Virus record (IMG/VR): IMGVR_UViG_3300042691_019356
Location: 1 to 64,000 of that record
From: a virus
Direction: 5' to 3' (one strand)
DNA: 64,000 nucleotides
Shown here: in pieces, positions 49,101-55,812 of the stretch
Position numbering within the stretch: position 1 is the first letter of the stretch
Layout: every line of letters starts with the position of its first letter
Notes under the pieces: generated by a model
Told to the model about the DNA's origin: nothing
What the model saw: the letters and a program-made list of their open reading frames with translations, nothing else
Databases searched by the model: none
Position numbers and translations under genes: made by a program

Positions 49101-50869
49101 ATTGGCTGTGCCGCATCATTGCCTATAGTTCCCCTGCCGACAAAGCTGGAAAGCCTCGTTTCAGTGGTAGCAATGCTATTTGACAGCTTGCGACGAGTGC
49201 TTATTTCATTTTCGTAAGCCTTGGCAGAATTTGCTACTGCGGGGGCGATGCTCTTCAGCTGATCACTAAAGATGCTGAATATATTCCTACCAGCAACTGT
49301 AAAGTTGGGATCAGTCTTGCTGAGAATATCTATCGCATTTGGATCGGATACAGCCCTGCGACTGCGCCCGCGCTTCGGTTCCAATGGCAGCGTCATCGCC
49401 AAGCCAGCCGCATCAAGAGCTGGGATATTCGTTCTTCGACCCTGTGCGTTTGTAATGAACTCGCGGCTCGTCCCGATCATGCGGGCGCCACCAGAGGGCA
49501 GCATGGCCTCTCTGGGGAGTGGTTGATCCACAGGGAAGCCTGCGGCTGGGGGGAGAGCCCTGATGGCGCCACCCTTTACCCACGCCTCAAGCTCTTTGCT
49601 GTTCAGCTGCCTACCACTAAGAATTTTCTTTTCAGTGGTGGAAGCAAGATTGGCCGCTTCCTGCTGTTTTTTTAGTGTGGTAAGCCTATCTCGCTCCGAT
49701 CTTTCAAGATTGGCAAGCGCTCCTCTTGCTTTTTCAAGGTCAACTCGATATTTACTGACATCACCCTTGGCGATTGCACGCGACAAATCTGCAACAGCTT
49801 TCTGCGGTCCACTCAGAATACTTGAATCAGCTCCGGCAGTCCTGAGATTGTCGATTCGACGCTGAAGAGTGTCAATTGAATTTAGCGCTCTCTGATTTGT
49901 TAATTGCTCAGCATTGGCACGGGCAACTGTTTTTACTTTTCTGTCGTAGTCAAACAGCTTGGCCTCAAGATCGCTAAGGCGCCTGCGAGCAAGCTCGGTT
50001 GAACCCCTGGCGGCATCAGCGGAAGCCGCCATCCCTATTGATTTTAGCTTATCTGCTGTTTCTTGTTTTATTACACCTTTTCTTGCAAACTCGTTGATTC
50101 GATCATTTCCAGTTTTTATCCGCCTACCGATTAAGGATCTTTCGCGCTGAAGGCGAATATCCTCATTTTGAAGTCTGTTGTATTGCTCAAGCTCCTGGGA
50201 AAGAGAGTTGAGCGTCCTAATTTCTTCAAATCTTTCCCTATTGTTTCTTGCCTTGGGGGCTTTCAAAAGCTTTTCAAAAGCTTTAATTGTTTTTTCAGCC
50301 GAAAGTCTTTCGTCTTCTGGTATGTTTGCTCCAGATCCTTTTCTGACAAATTCTTGTCGCCTGCCCTCGAATCTCTTGATTTCAACGTTTCTTCTTGCTT
50401 CAAGAGCTATTTCAAGTCTTAGCTGAGAAGCCTTTTTGTTGAGACTATCTCTATCGTCTCTTGCGGCACGGCTAATCACACCAGCACGCTCGGCGTAAAA
50501 GCGCTTTTGCCGAGCCGACTCAACGCGATCCCTTTGAGCCGAGCGACGAATGGCCCTCTCATCCAGCGCCGCCGCAAGTCTCTCTTCGTTTTTTCTAAGC
50601 TGCAACTCGGTTTGCCTTTTTGAAAAGCTGCCAGCCCCACGACCCTGCTCAAGCGCACTGCCCAGCCCCTTGTTTATATTTTTAATAGCTCGGATTTCTT
50701 GATTTAGATTTTTGATTGACCCTGAAGATTCCTTGACCGCTTCATCTATGCTGCCAAGTTCTCTGTTCAATGCAGATGCAGCAGACTCCGCCTCAGATAG
50801 CGCACTCTCAAGATCGTTAATCTTGTTGAGGTTGTTGATGATAATATCAATCTTCTGCTGATAAGACAT
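43163..50869 (-). CDS. tail tape measure protein with SLT and C39-like peptidase domains, 2568 aa
   Basis: A giant coiled-coil ORF after the chaperone gene. The lytic transglycosylase motif ELESNSG...ARGFFQLIPKT lies around 46000..46270. The Cys/His peptidase motif WRECFTTVSAMI...SGHWVYVSG...LFDPN lies around 45480..45840. Confidence 0.9.
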   Translation of the reverse strand: MSYQQKIDIIINNLNKINDLESALSEAESAASALNRELGSIDEAVKESSGSIKNLNQEIRAIKNINKGLGSALEQGRGAGSFSKRQTELQLRKNEERLAAALDERAIRRSAQRDRVESARQKRFYAERAGVISRAARDDRDSLNKKASQLRLEIALEARRNVEIKRFEGRRQEFVRKGSGANIPEDERLSAEKTIKAFEKLLKAPKARNNRERFEEIRTLNSLSQELEQYNRLQNEDIRLQRERSLIGRRIKTGNDRINEFARKGVIKQETADKLKSIGMAASADAARGSTELARRRLSDLEAKLFDYDRKVKTVARANAEQLTNQRALNSIDTLQRRIDNLRTAGADSSILSGPQKAVADLSRAIAKGDVSKYRVDLEKARGALANLERSERDRLTTLKKQQEAANLASTTEKKILSGRQLNSKELEAWVKGGAIRALPPAAGFPVDQPLPREAMLPSGGARMIGTSREFITNAQGRRTNIPALDAAGLAMTLPLEPKRGRSRRAVSDPNAIDILSKTDPNFTVAGRNIFSIFSDQLKSIAPAVANSAKAYENEISTRRKLSNSIATTETRLSSFVGRGTIGNDAAQPIRDALAEISQEARDTATPIDDLRDRLAGLKNTISSLAAQSVKDNSFAAGLKKIADVPKQRADYLGNLSPEQAIDQLVRTVNKQIPGAKTGVDSAANNVVNTFTDRIKSGASKAATAASDMTSAFRQAVKKGLGIASPSRFMIEMANNLINTYISQLEKAFPRIKSTTEKTFGIGQSFYPVKPAFSYGSNLSRNFNSGKNRVFDFGASSGGNFPALPQNAGMTAMMELLNTWSDAINNASNVSPEALSAKTVTQMNIPDPWEFVVADYKQFFVELQTILDGAGESLRTTSKEYQQFIDSIIKATGQIKLPGSRVAGALLPSGMTSGDPWIGPLANYRQLASMAEQIARPQTQARLALPPAQALPALPPAGMTASSARFEEARRAAYARSDQRAAEIMGAGGTGGAPPRTPAAAAGGSVPTPGQDAADRARRALLTLADLGNVSRLSTNAIRASIEEFTNLRASIDATDANFERLDEQLRQTIARFDDQIQRRDPNADFLTRRLGTRGGRAVSEGLIGGAFPLLFGQGLGASAGGLIGGAAGGFAGGMLGFGLSLVGTAIGSAVDTTVQNLKTLAAGLKSPNDAIAALETSGIKVGSTLKFQVQQLQSLGRAYDAQTLVLREVQKRLGADGVRNLVALEVQQKKLEEQWSSITGVIQGQLLPVLVGFTEVINGILNAARAAANDPIVGKILETLGKSVLAPVPGASVAAVAIDMASRRGARTATNTPIDVRPPIDPQEAFAAETTRIGESRRIADQVKSAYREAFNLQRQAYDLQREAADFNRDVADYSYKKEREIFDLRQQVAESVIDNNRAAAQNRIENSDLNARALFASAVGFEQQLLTNVREVMRTRKEGEADIEQSRKKLELTLAKLNRDVEDYKRTTAREIEDIERRKLSYVRSVEDYKMQVADYVLARAREAADLMRQAVTLPDMSGIGGGATGSGANSGYFARLAELESNSGKNWTNPSSNARGFFQLIPKTERWLNDIGKGDVAARMLSRDFSTAAQAAKEFAIIMRPAAKSLLEAGDVAGLDRLLNRIWTSLPGGSEAATGQRLASANALLMPRSAVSSVNQTAQGGQLLDRFGVAWQSQLDNAGGQGWRECFTTVSAMIASGSKGVNIPDDVYNQTRKRFGDTTSMGAQISALQSIGVSARGTTSARISDLRAEYAAGRSIGVGITSDSGTTSGHWVYVSGMNDQGISLFDPNRRQPWNRQMSWQEFGGRFNPGGAGGYMVSAPGATARNTQMMGSTQISNIPQPQYSETPLGPTPAAAPLNKERLAVLAAMTGSMKEAQRILEEQIKLRQKGVELGQIESILQDNQLPQLQQQRSVLQQQLEARKRILNLSDNAASVADIEAEATARLAQLEKDRTNAITKLKKEYGGNADLIKQVNEQANLAIGIAKKEEEQRRKNLELSNQLQGLERARAEIIQLQEKVAVGRVEAAALELGKLQASNSEILKTTLLYKQASEEQRNLLENLTTQAEQQAKINELQANYNNKLRDAQDRIVEIFAGTSGLTEYQKALREIATKGIQNDSGQADGILQTAKAIDLLNQKIRQLERVKDIAGAWTDSFIGFNAELLKTGNLSDALTKWGEGISSRAIDILLEITMRPIQDQIFGSITKFLGFEQPGDPMVAPLSSLDVNVKSIKENVAIIAGGISGNTQSSVEALAQPATLSGIKFYTPPAAVESGSPWSTASLQAASDNATVKLQSFSDNVLFASDTASNFGISFVNTLESSDKIFSSAVVASEEGAAKIKAAYDSRITTEEENIGKLQMIGQKLGTGIQILGGIAMGVAGVQQMKKGGTYNVLMGLAGIFGAISQVSYGSGKLFGLKGFAEGGRPPMGQPSWVGENGPELWWPDRAGTIIPVDQLYVPGRPLPGESSSTAQGDEANSGSADSSSVFSATRASLEQQRAAMSGSADSGSQSMEPQVIDVRSESTVINSVEYVTMEQHRKGMQEAAKMGQALSYQGIRGSVPTRRRLAI

Positions 50870-50901
50870 TGAGGATCGACCGCGATGGGATCAATGTAGC
50901 C

Positions 50902-50926
50902 AAGAAAAAGGGGCCTCATCGGCCCC
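50902..50926 (-). terminator. terminator-like stem-loop before the tape measure gene
   Basis: Minus strand reads GGGGCC-GATGA-GGCCCC followed by TTTTTCTT. The stop codon of the frameshifted chaperone lies in the loop. Confidence 0.5.
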
Positions 50927-51481
50927 CCTTCTTCGCCTTCTCGATAGCCTTGGCTTCGTCCTCTCGCTTAATTTGATGATAGGCCGACCAGAGAATAATC
51001 TCCTCTTCGGTTATCATGCTATTAAGCTCGGAAAGAGTTTTGCCAAGACTCTCGGCTATACTCATCTTGATGTATAGCCACTTATCTTGGCGCAGCTCCT
51101 GGACTACTTTTTTTGATCGAGATCAGCATCGGAATCATCGTCGCCAATCACAGCACCGATGATCTTCTGCAGATCCTCATCCTCAATCTCATGCTTGAGA
51201 GCGGGGATGTCGCCAACAGTAAACAGCGGATTGCCGTTCTCGTCTTTGGCTTTCAGGATCAGCAGGTGCATTGCAAAAGCACCAGCCTCGTCACTCTTTG
51301 CATTCTTGCGAGCCTTGTCACGCTCAGCGGCAACAAGCGGGGCACAGTACATCGTGAACTCAGTCACGCCATCATTGAGGATGACGGTTTTCTTGACGGG
51401 TTCCAGATTGGCCGCACGCTTCAGGACGTCGATTGCACGACCGAAGCCAGATCCAGAGGGGGTGGGAGTTGGGGACGCCAT
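50916..51481 (-). CDS. tail assembly chaperone, -1 frameshift product (G-T type)
   Basis: After the slip, the -1 frame stays open for 63 codons (VVQELRQDKWLYIKMSIAESLGKTLSELNSMITEEEIILWSAYHQIKRED...) to the TGA at 50916. Confidence 0.6.
51104..51481 (-). CDS. tail assembly chaperone (G-like), 125 aa
   Basis: It lies between the major tail and tape measure genes, has an acidic C-terminus, and ends ...CAA AAA AAG TAG. Confidence 0.7.
   Translation of the reverse strand: MASPTPTPSGSGFGRAIDVLKRAANLEPVKKTVILNDGVTEFTMYCAPLVAAERDKARKNAKSDEAGAFAMHLLILKAKDENGNPLFTVGDIPALKHEIEDEDLQKIIGAVIGDDDSDADLDQKK
51107..51113 (-). other. A_AAA_AAG -1 slippery heptamer
   Basis: The heptamer is in the zero frame, immediately before the TAG stop of the chaperone gene. 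Confidence 0.65.
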
Positions 51482-51512
51482 ACGAATGATTGGTGGCTCA
51501 CAAAGCATAGCA

Positions 51513-51539
51513 ACAAAAAGCCCCCGATTTCTCGGGGGC
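51513..51539 (-). terminator. Rho-independent terminator after the major tail gene
   Basis: Minus strand reads GCCCCCGA-GAAA-TCGGGGGC followed by TTTTTGTTGC. Confidence 0.75.
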
Positions 51540-51561
51540 CTTCGGTTCCGTATCAACTAAC

Positions 51562-52317
51562 TCAGACAGCCTTCGTAAAGTCGAAGGTGGGAGCCTTGGA
51601 AGGACGGAAGTTGATGGAAACCTGGATGGCGTCATCGGGGTTGACATTGAAACCGGCCGAGGTCAGCACAATGTTGGTTTCGATGAAACGGCTCAGGTTG
51701 TCGCTGACAACACCGCTTGCAAACACCTCGTCAATGTAGAGCTTGACGCCAGCGCCGGTTTGACGACGCTGAATCACGTCTTCAACAATGCGGTTGGCGA
51801 TCGAGGTGTCATCATCAGTGAAGTACACCGTGGCGCTACCAGTGCCATCAGCAAAGCTGGTCTGATAGCTGCGGAAAGGTGCATACTGACCGGCGCCCTG
51901 ACCGATGGTGGTAACGTCAATTTCAGCCCGAGTGATCTCAAAGCTCCAATCACGCACCTGACCCACAGGCAGATACGACTTGTAGGCGATGGTCGCCTTG
52001 CTGTTACCAAAGCCCGAGGGGGCAGCGGTAGCAGTCACAGCCGAACCACCAGCAGTCGAGCTGAGGGTGGCAACGCCAGTTTCGTTGTTGTACGTCTTGA
52101 TGAAGTAGTCACCAGCAGCAATTGCACCAGTCACGGTGGCGCCGACCGGGTAGGTCAGGGTCACGGGATCGTTGATGCGGAAGCCCAGGTAGCTGCCAAC
52201 AGAGATGTTGGCGCCAGTGCTGGGAAAAGCAGCAGCAGTGATGCAGGCTTCGGTGTTGGCGGGCTTGTAGTAAAAGGCGCCCGAGGTGCCGGTAAGAACC
52301 GTAGTTTCGCAGGTCAT
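51562..52317 (-). CDS. major tail (tube) protein, 251 aa
   Basis: ATG 52317 (the track start is TTG). Its position before the chaperone fits. The motif VRDWSFEITRAEIDVTTIG...GSATVYF is typical of tube proteins. Confidence 0.7.
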   Translation of the reverse strand: MTCETTVLTGTSGAFYYKPANTEACITAAAFPSTGANISVGSYLGFRINDPVTLTYPVGATVTGAIAAGDYFIKTYNNETGVATLSSTAGGSAVTATAAPSGFGNSKATIAYKSYLPVGQVRDWSFEITRAEIDVTTIGQGAGQYAPFRSYQTSFADGTGSATVYFTDDDTSIANRIVEDVIQRRQTGAGVKLYIDEVFASGVVSDNLSRFIETNIVLTSAGFNVNPDDAIQVSINFRPSKAPTFDFTKAV

Positions 52318-52393
52318 GATCGGACCCAAAAGCAATAGGACAGCAGTGCGGGCACTGCCCGTTGCCTCATACTAGCCACCGGCAATGACAATT

Positions 52394-52825
52394 CTAATTA
52401 GACTTTGTAGCGTGCCAGGCGGCTTCGATGCGAGCAAAAAAGTGCGGAGATTCGTTATTCATTGAAAAGGATGGACCCATGATATTCTGAGTTCTAATGA
52501 AAATACCGGTTGCTGTCTTTCTAGTTTTACCAAGATCGCTCAACACGCTTTTGGCAATAGCACTGAGTTGACGAGCCCGTAGACCGCCGATATCCTTTGG
52601 CGTATAAATTCGTATGACAATAATTCCCCTTGCACGATCAAGCAGGGAATTGATAGCAGACTCAGTGGTATTACCAAATGCAATGTTGATCATTGCATAC
52701 TCTTTGTCTGGATCAGGCGGAATAGCAATAATGTTGTCAAAATAAAGCTGCGTATTTGGCGCTTGAGATATAAAGGCCGAGCTAATCGGGACTTCAAGTG
52801 CCGCACAAATTGCTTGATAGTCCAT
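52394..52825 (-). CDS. tail terminator-like protein, 143 aa
   Basis: Its position directly upstream of the major tail gene fits. The pattern is DUF4128-like (YFDNI...PP...Y..I......G.I.I.IY.P). Confidence 0.5.
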   Translation of the reverse strand: MDYQAICAALEVPISSAFISQAPNTQLYFDNIIAIPPDPDKEYAMINIAFGNTTESAINSLLDRARGIIVIRIYTPKDIGGLRARQLSAIAKSVLSDLGKTRKTATGIFIRTQNIMGPSFSMNNESPHFFARIEAAWHATKSN

Positions 52826-52827
52826 TG

Positions 52828-53436
52828 TCAGCTACCTGCCCGAAACTCGTACCTGAAGACCCTTGCCACAACGGCATCCATATCGCCACCACCAGCATAG
52901 GTCGAGTACCAATCTTGCTCAGCTGTTGAAATATTCGACTTTCTGGAGCCAAGATTGACATCGCCACCACTACCAGCCGGAGCAACCTGACCTCGCATTG
53001 GCCCATAGCGACGACCCTCTACAACCTTGAATTCAATGCCACCCATTGGCTCGTATCCAGGATCAATGAATTTTCCGGGTTCAAGATCCAGGGCAACAGG
53101 TGCGTAATCCGCGATGTTGTCGATCGTAAAAACAACAACACGCTGAGTTGCCTTTACGGTAGACGGAATTGTTGGGACATTCTCGATGGTGTACGGATAT
53201 TCGCCGTCTTTTACCTTGCCACCCTCGTTCCCAACAGGAATTGCACGCCACGAATCAGCAAAAGAACCACCGTACCGTGGTCCCTTTTCAGCAAGGTCAT
53301 TCATAATGTCGGCCATGGCCCTACGAGTTGCATTATTGATCTTCGCCCTCAGGTCTTTTGAGATTTTTCCGCTAATTCCCTTGCCACGCTTTGCAATTAA
53401 ATTCAGATCACGCTGACTTGGCTTTCTCCTGCTCAT
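52828..53436 (-). CDS. neck / head-tail joining protein, 202 aa
   Basis: This is a position-based call with an ATGA overlap. Confidence 0.45.
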   Translation of the reverse strand: MSRRKPSQRDLNLIAKRGKGISGKISKDLRAKINNATRRAMADIMNDLAEKGPRYGGSFADSWRAIPVGNEGGKVKDGEYPYTIENVPTIPSTVKATQRVVVFTIDNIADYAPVALDLEPGKFIDPGYEPMGGIEFKVVEGRRYGPMRGQVAPAGSGGDVNLGSRKSNISTAEQDWYSTYAGGGDMDAVVARVFRYEFRAGS

Positions 53437-53843
53437 GACAACCTCGCTATAACAGAGTGAAATACGGGCGAATCGCCACGATACGAGTTTGGGAAAATAA
53501 TTTTTGCAGTTCTGGTCTGCCCGTCTTGCGTGTACTCAATCCAATCCTTTGTTCTTGGATAGTAACTGCCAAGCGATGTAGCTGCAATCAGAATTTTAAC
53601 ATCTGTGATCTGAACTTCACCCTTGACATCTTCGGCCTGAAGTTGAACCGGAAGCATCTTAATGTTAATCCGGTTTTTCAAGACTTTGGGGCTACCCGTC
53701 AACCTGTCAATAGGATTGTCGTAGGTGCCGGTAGCCGGATTGTATTGCTGTTCATCAACATGCTTGATGTAGGCGCCATCAATTCCCCACTGATTGATCA
53801 GCGGTCCAGGAATCGAAGCAAAAATGCGATCTACAAGAGACAT
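53433..53843 (-). CDS. neck / head-closure protein, 136 aa
   Basis: This is a position-based call. Confidence 0.45.
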   Translation of the reverse strand: MSLVDRIFASIPGPLINQWGIDGAYIKHVDEQQYNPATGTYDNPIDRLTGSPKVLKNRINIKMLPVQLQAEDVKGEVQITDVKILIAATSLGSYYPRTKDWIEYTQDGQTRTAKIIFPNSYRGDSPVFHSVIARLS

Positions 53844-53849
53844 GGTAAT

Positions 53850-54509
53850 TTACAGTGGGTTGCTGGCCCATCCACCGCTTGCCGGGTAGACCATTCCGTT
53901 CACAACGCGAACATTGCTCGGGCGGAATGCGTTGCTTGGCATGTACGGATTGATGCGCGCCGTAGATTCGCGCCTCACACGAGGCTGATAGAAATCACCA
54001 CGAATAATATAGCGAGCAAAAATATCCATGCAGAACGGCGGAATGTATCCCATCCCGCTTTGCGCCATGTTATCCCGGTTAAACTTAACCCTCAGATCAC
54101 TGCGCCCAAGTTCAACTTCTTCGTATTCGTGATTGCCGCGTTCGGTGGCGCCACCGTCAAGATTCAGAATTCCGGTATAACCACCAGTCTCCCCAAGAAA
54201 CGCTGCCATGTAGGCAACACCGATCTGAAAATCAATCGGAAGCTCTTCAGTCGAGACGTTGTAGTAATCGGCTGATACAACTCTGGGCCACGCAAGGCTT
54301 TGTGTCGATGAAACGGGCCGGCCCTTCCAGTGAAGGGAATTGACAGCCATCGTTGCAGCAACCAGCGTCTGCTCCTTTTCTTCGGTTGTTAGAGCAAGCC
54401 AAGCTGTAACACCGGTGCTTGCAGGAAGATCACCAAGCAGTGAGGTGGCCCTTGCAACACTCAGGTACGAGTTTGCATCACTGGCACCAAGAGTAGATAC
54501 AAAGGCCAT
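53850..54509 (-). CDS. head-tail adaptor (gp6-like connector), 219 aa
   Basis: ANSYLSVARA...W..LTTEEKEQTLVAATMAVNSLHWKGRP...QSLAWPR matches the adaptor pattern. Confidence 0.55.
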   Translation of the reverse strand: MAFVSTLGASDANSYLSVARATSLLGDLPASTGVTAWLALTTEEKEQTLVAATMAVNSLHWKGRPVSSTQSLAWPRVVSADYYNVSTEELPIDFQIGVAYMAAFLGETGGYTGILNLDGGATERGNHEYEEVELGRSDLRVKFNRDNMAQSGMGYIPPFCMDIFARYIIRGDFYQPRVRRESTARINPYMPSNAFRPSNVRVVNGMVYPASGGWASNPL

Positions 54510-54515
54510 GACGTG

Positions 54516-54698
54516 TCATCGAGTTGCGGTCTTGGGCTTGGGCTTGGCCACGGGGGCCGCAGTGGGCTCGGGAGCGGCCTCTGCCGGCTCGTCGACCTCA
54601 GCAGCCTGGCCGGGCTGCTCAGGGGTGGCTGCGGCGGCCTCTGCGGCCAGTCTGGCGGCTTCCCGCTCCCTGGCCATTCGGAAGGAAGCTGCTCCCAT
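54516..54698 (-). CDS. Ala/Pro/Glu-rich small protein, 60 aa
   Basis: ATG 54698 has an AGGAG RBS. It sits behind its own extended -10 promoter. Confidence 0.5.
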   Translation of the reverse strand: MGAASFRMAREREAARLAAEAAAATPEQPGQAAEVDEPAEAAPEPTAAPVAKPKPKTATR

Positions 54699-54747
54699 GA
54701 TCAACACTCCTGGTAGTAAGAATTGCTGCCATCGGCAGTCATGTCAC

Positions 54748-54756
54748 ATTATACCA
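54748..54756 (-). promoter_or_regulatory. extended -10 promoter (TGGTATAAT)
   Basis: Minus strand reads TGGTATAAT, followed by the leader hairpin CTGCC-GAT-GGCAG. Confidence 0.5.
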
Positions 54757-54766
54757 GGGACGAGTA

Positions 54767-55210
54767 TTACTTCTGTCGCTCAATCCCAGGGATAATTTTA
54801 TGCTCAATTTCCTGCCGGTTGAATTGACTGCTAATCAAGGCAAGCAATGCAACCAAAAGAGTGCCCCACTGTGCAATAACAGGAACAGCCCATTGCGCTT
54901 GACTCCTCTGCCCCTCTGACCTATTTTCAGATGCGGTGAGTCCTTCAACCCTTTTTGTAAGCTCGCGCATATCTTCGGAGCTTCGCTTGGTCATCTCCTT
55001 AATGTCATCGGATGTAACCATCTGACGCTCAAGCTCAACCTGCCTTTTTTCCAAGTCGCTGAGTTTTGTCAGAAAGTTTGTTACCGTTGTCTGGCTTGAA
55101 AGTAGCGTCGTCTGCAGGCCGTGCAGCAGCCCCTCCAGTCGTCCCAGTCGGGTATCCAGGCTCTCCGCTCCACCGGTCGCCCCCGGAAAGCTCTCCGATC
55201 CGCTCGTCAT
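54767..55210 (-). CDS. coiled-coil protein with C-terminal transmembrane helix, 147 aa
   Basis: ATG 55210 (the track start is TTG). The hydrophobic segment is VPVIAQWGTLLVALLALISSQF. Confidence 0.55.
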   Translation of the reverse strand: MTSGSESFPGATGGAESLDTRLGRLEGLLHGLQTTLLSSQTTVTNFLTKLSDLEKRQVELERQMVTSDDIKEMTKRSSEDMRELTKRVEGLTASENRSEGQRSQAQWAVPVIAQWGTLLVALLALISSQFNRQEIEHKIIPGIERQK

Positions 55211-55311
55211 TGCGGGCACTCCGGGTTTCAATGGACATCGTAATTGGCCGAGCTACCGCAGCAACATCAAGAGAAGATGCGGTTATCGCAATAACTCGAC
55301 CAATCCTTCGA

Positions 55312-55812
55312 TCATTGGTCCTCCTGAAACAAAGCGGAAACAAACACCTCCGGCAAGTTAAAGGCTGCTGCCATTACAGAAACGCTTTCAGCAAGTGTGT
55401 CTGAGATGAAACCGTTTTGCCTTGCGTAATCCCAGGATCCAAAAAATACCCTTGAATCCCCTTTAGCAGCTTCGTTAAGGCCGGCAATCAGGCCACCGAA
55501 GCAGCCGGGATCCTCTGCAACAAGCTGGATCAGCATGACCTTCACCTGCTGATCGCCCATCAGGGTTGCACTGAACTCGACCCACTGCGGCTGAGGCTCC
55601 GGTGGCGGTAAATCGACTACCACATAGGCGCCGTCGATCCAGTCCAGGCTCTGGGTCGCCGGGTCATACGGTGGCTCGATGAACGGACCAGTGAAGCCGG
55701 CGGCGGCGATCTCCTCGGCCGTGAAGCTCGATGGATCAGTGCGAGTCGTGCCGTTGACGTGAATGCGGAAAGGCAACGGAACGGGACGAGCGCCATTTAG
55801 CGAGTACAGCAT
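55312..55812 (-). CDS. hypothetical structural-module protein, 166 aa
   Basis: ATG 55812 overlaps the stop of the 560-aa gene (TGATG). Confidence 0.55.
   Translation of the reverse strand: MLYSLNGARPVPLPFRIHVNGTTRTDPSSFTAEEIAAAGFTGPFIEPPYDPATQSLDWIDGAYVVVDLPPPEPQPQWVEFSATLMGDQQVKVMLIQLVAEDPGCFGGLIAGLNEAAKGDSRVFFGSWDYARQNGFISDTLAESVSVMAAAFNLPEVFVSALFQEDQ

Noticed and set aside
43254-50426. About 35 plus-strand and off-frame ORFs inside the tape measure gene (for example 46661..47287 and 48221..49183).
   Set aside because: They are antisense or off-frame shadows of a 7.7-kb low-complexity ORF. They lack RBS or start context, and their composition mirrors the sense frame.
51113-52338. Plus-strand ORFs 51113..51739, 51159..51560 and 51760..52338.
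   Set aside because: They are antisense to the chaperone and major tail genes.
52343-52358. The hairpin GCAGTG-CGGG-CACTGC upstream of the major tail gene as a terminator.
   Set aside because: The U-run is about 12 nt from the stem, so it does not meet the pattern of the other terminators.
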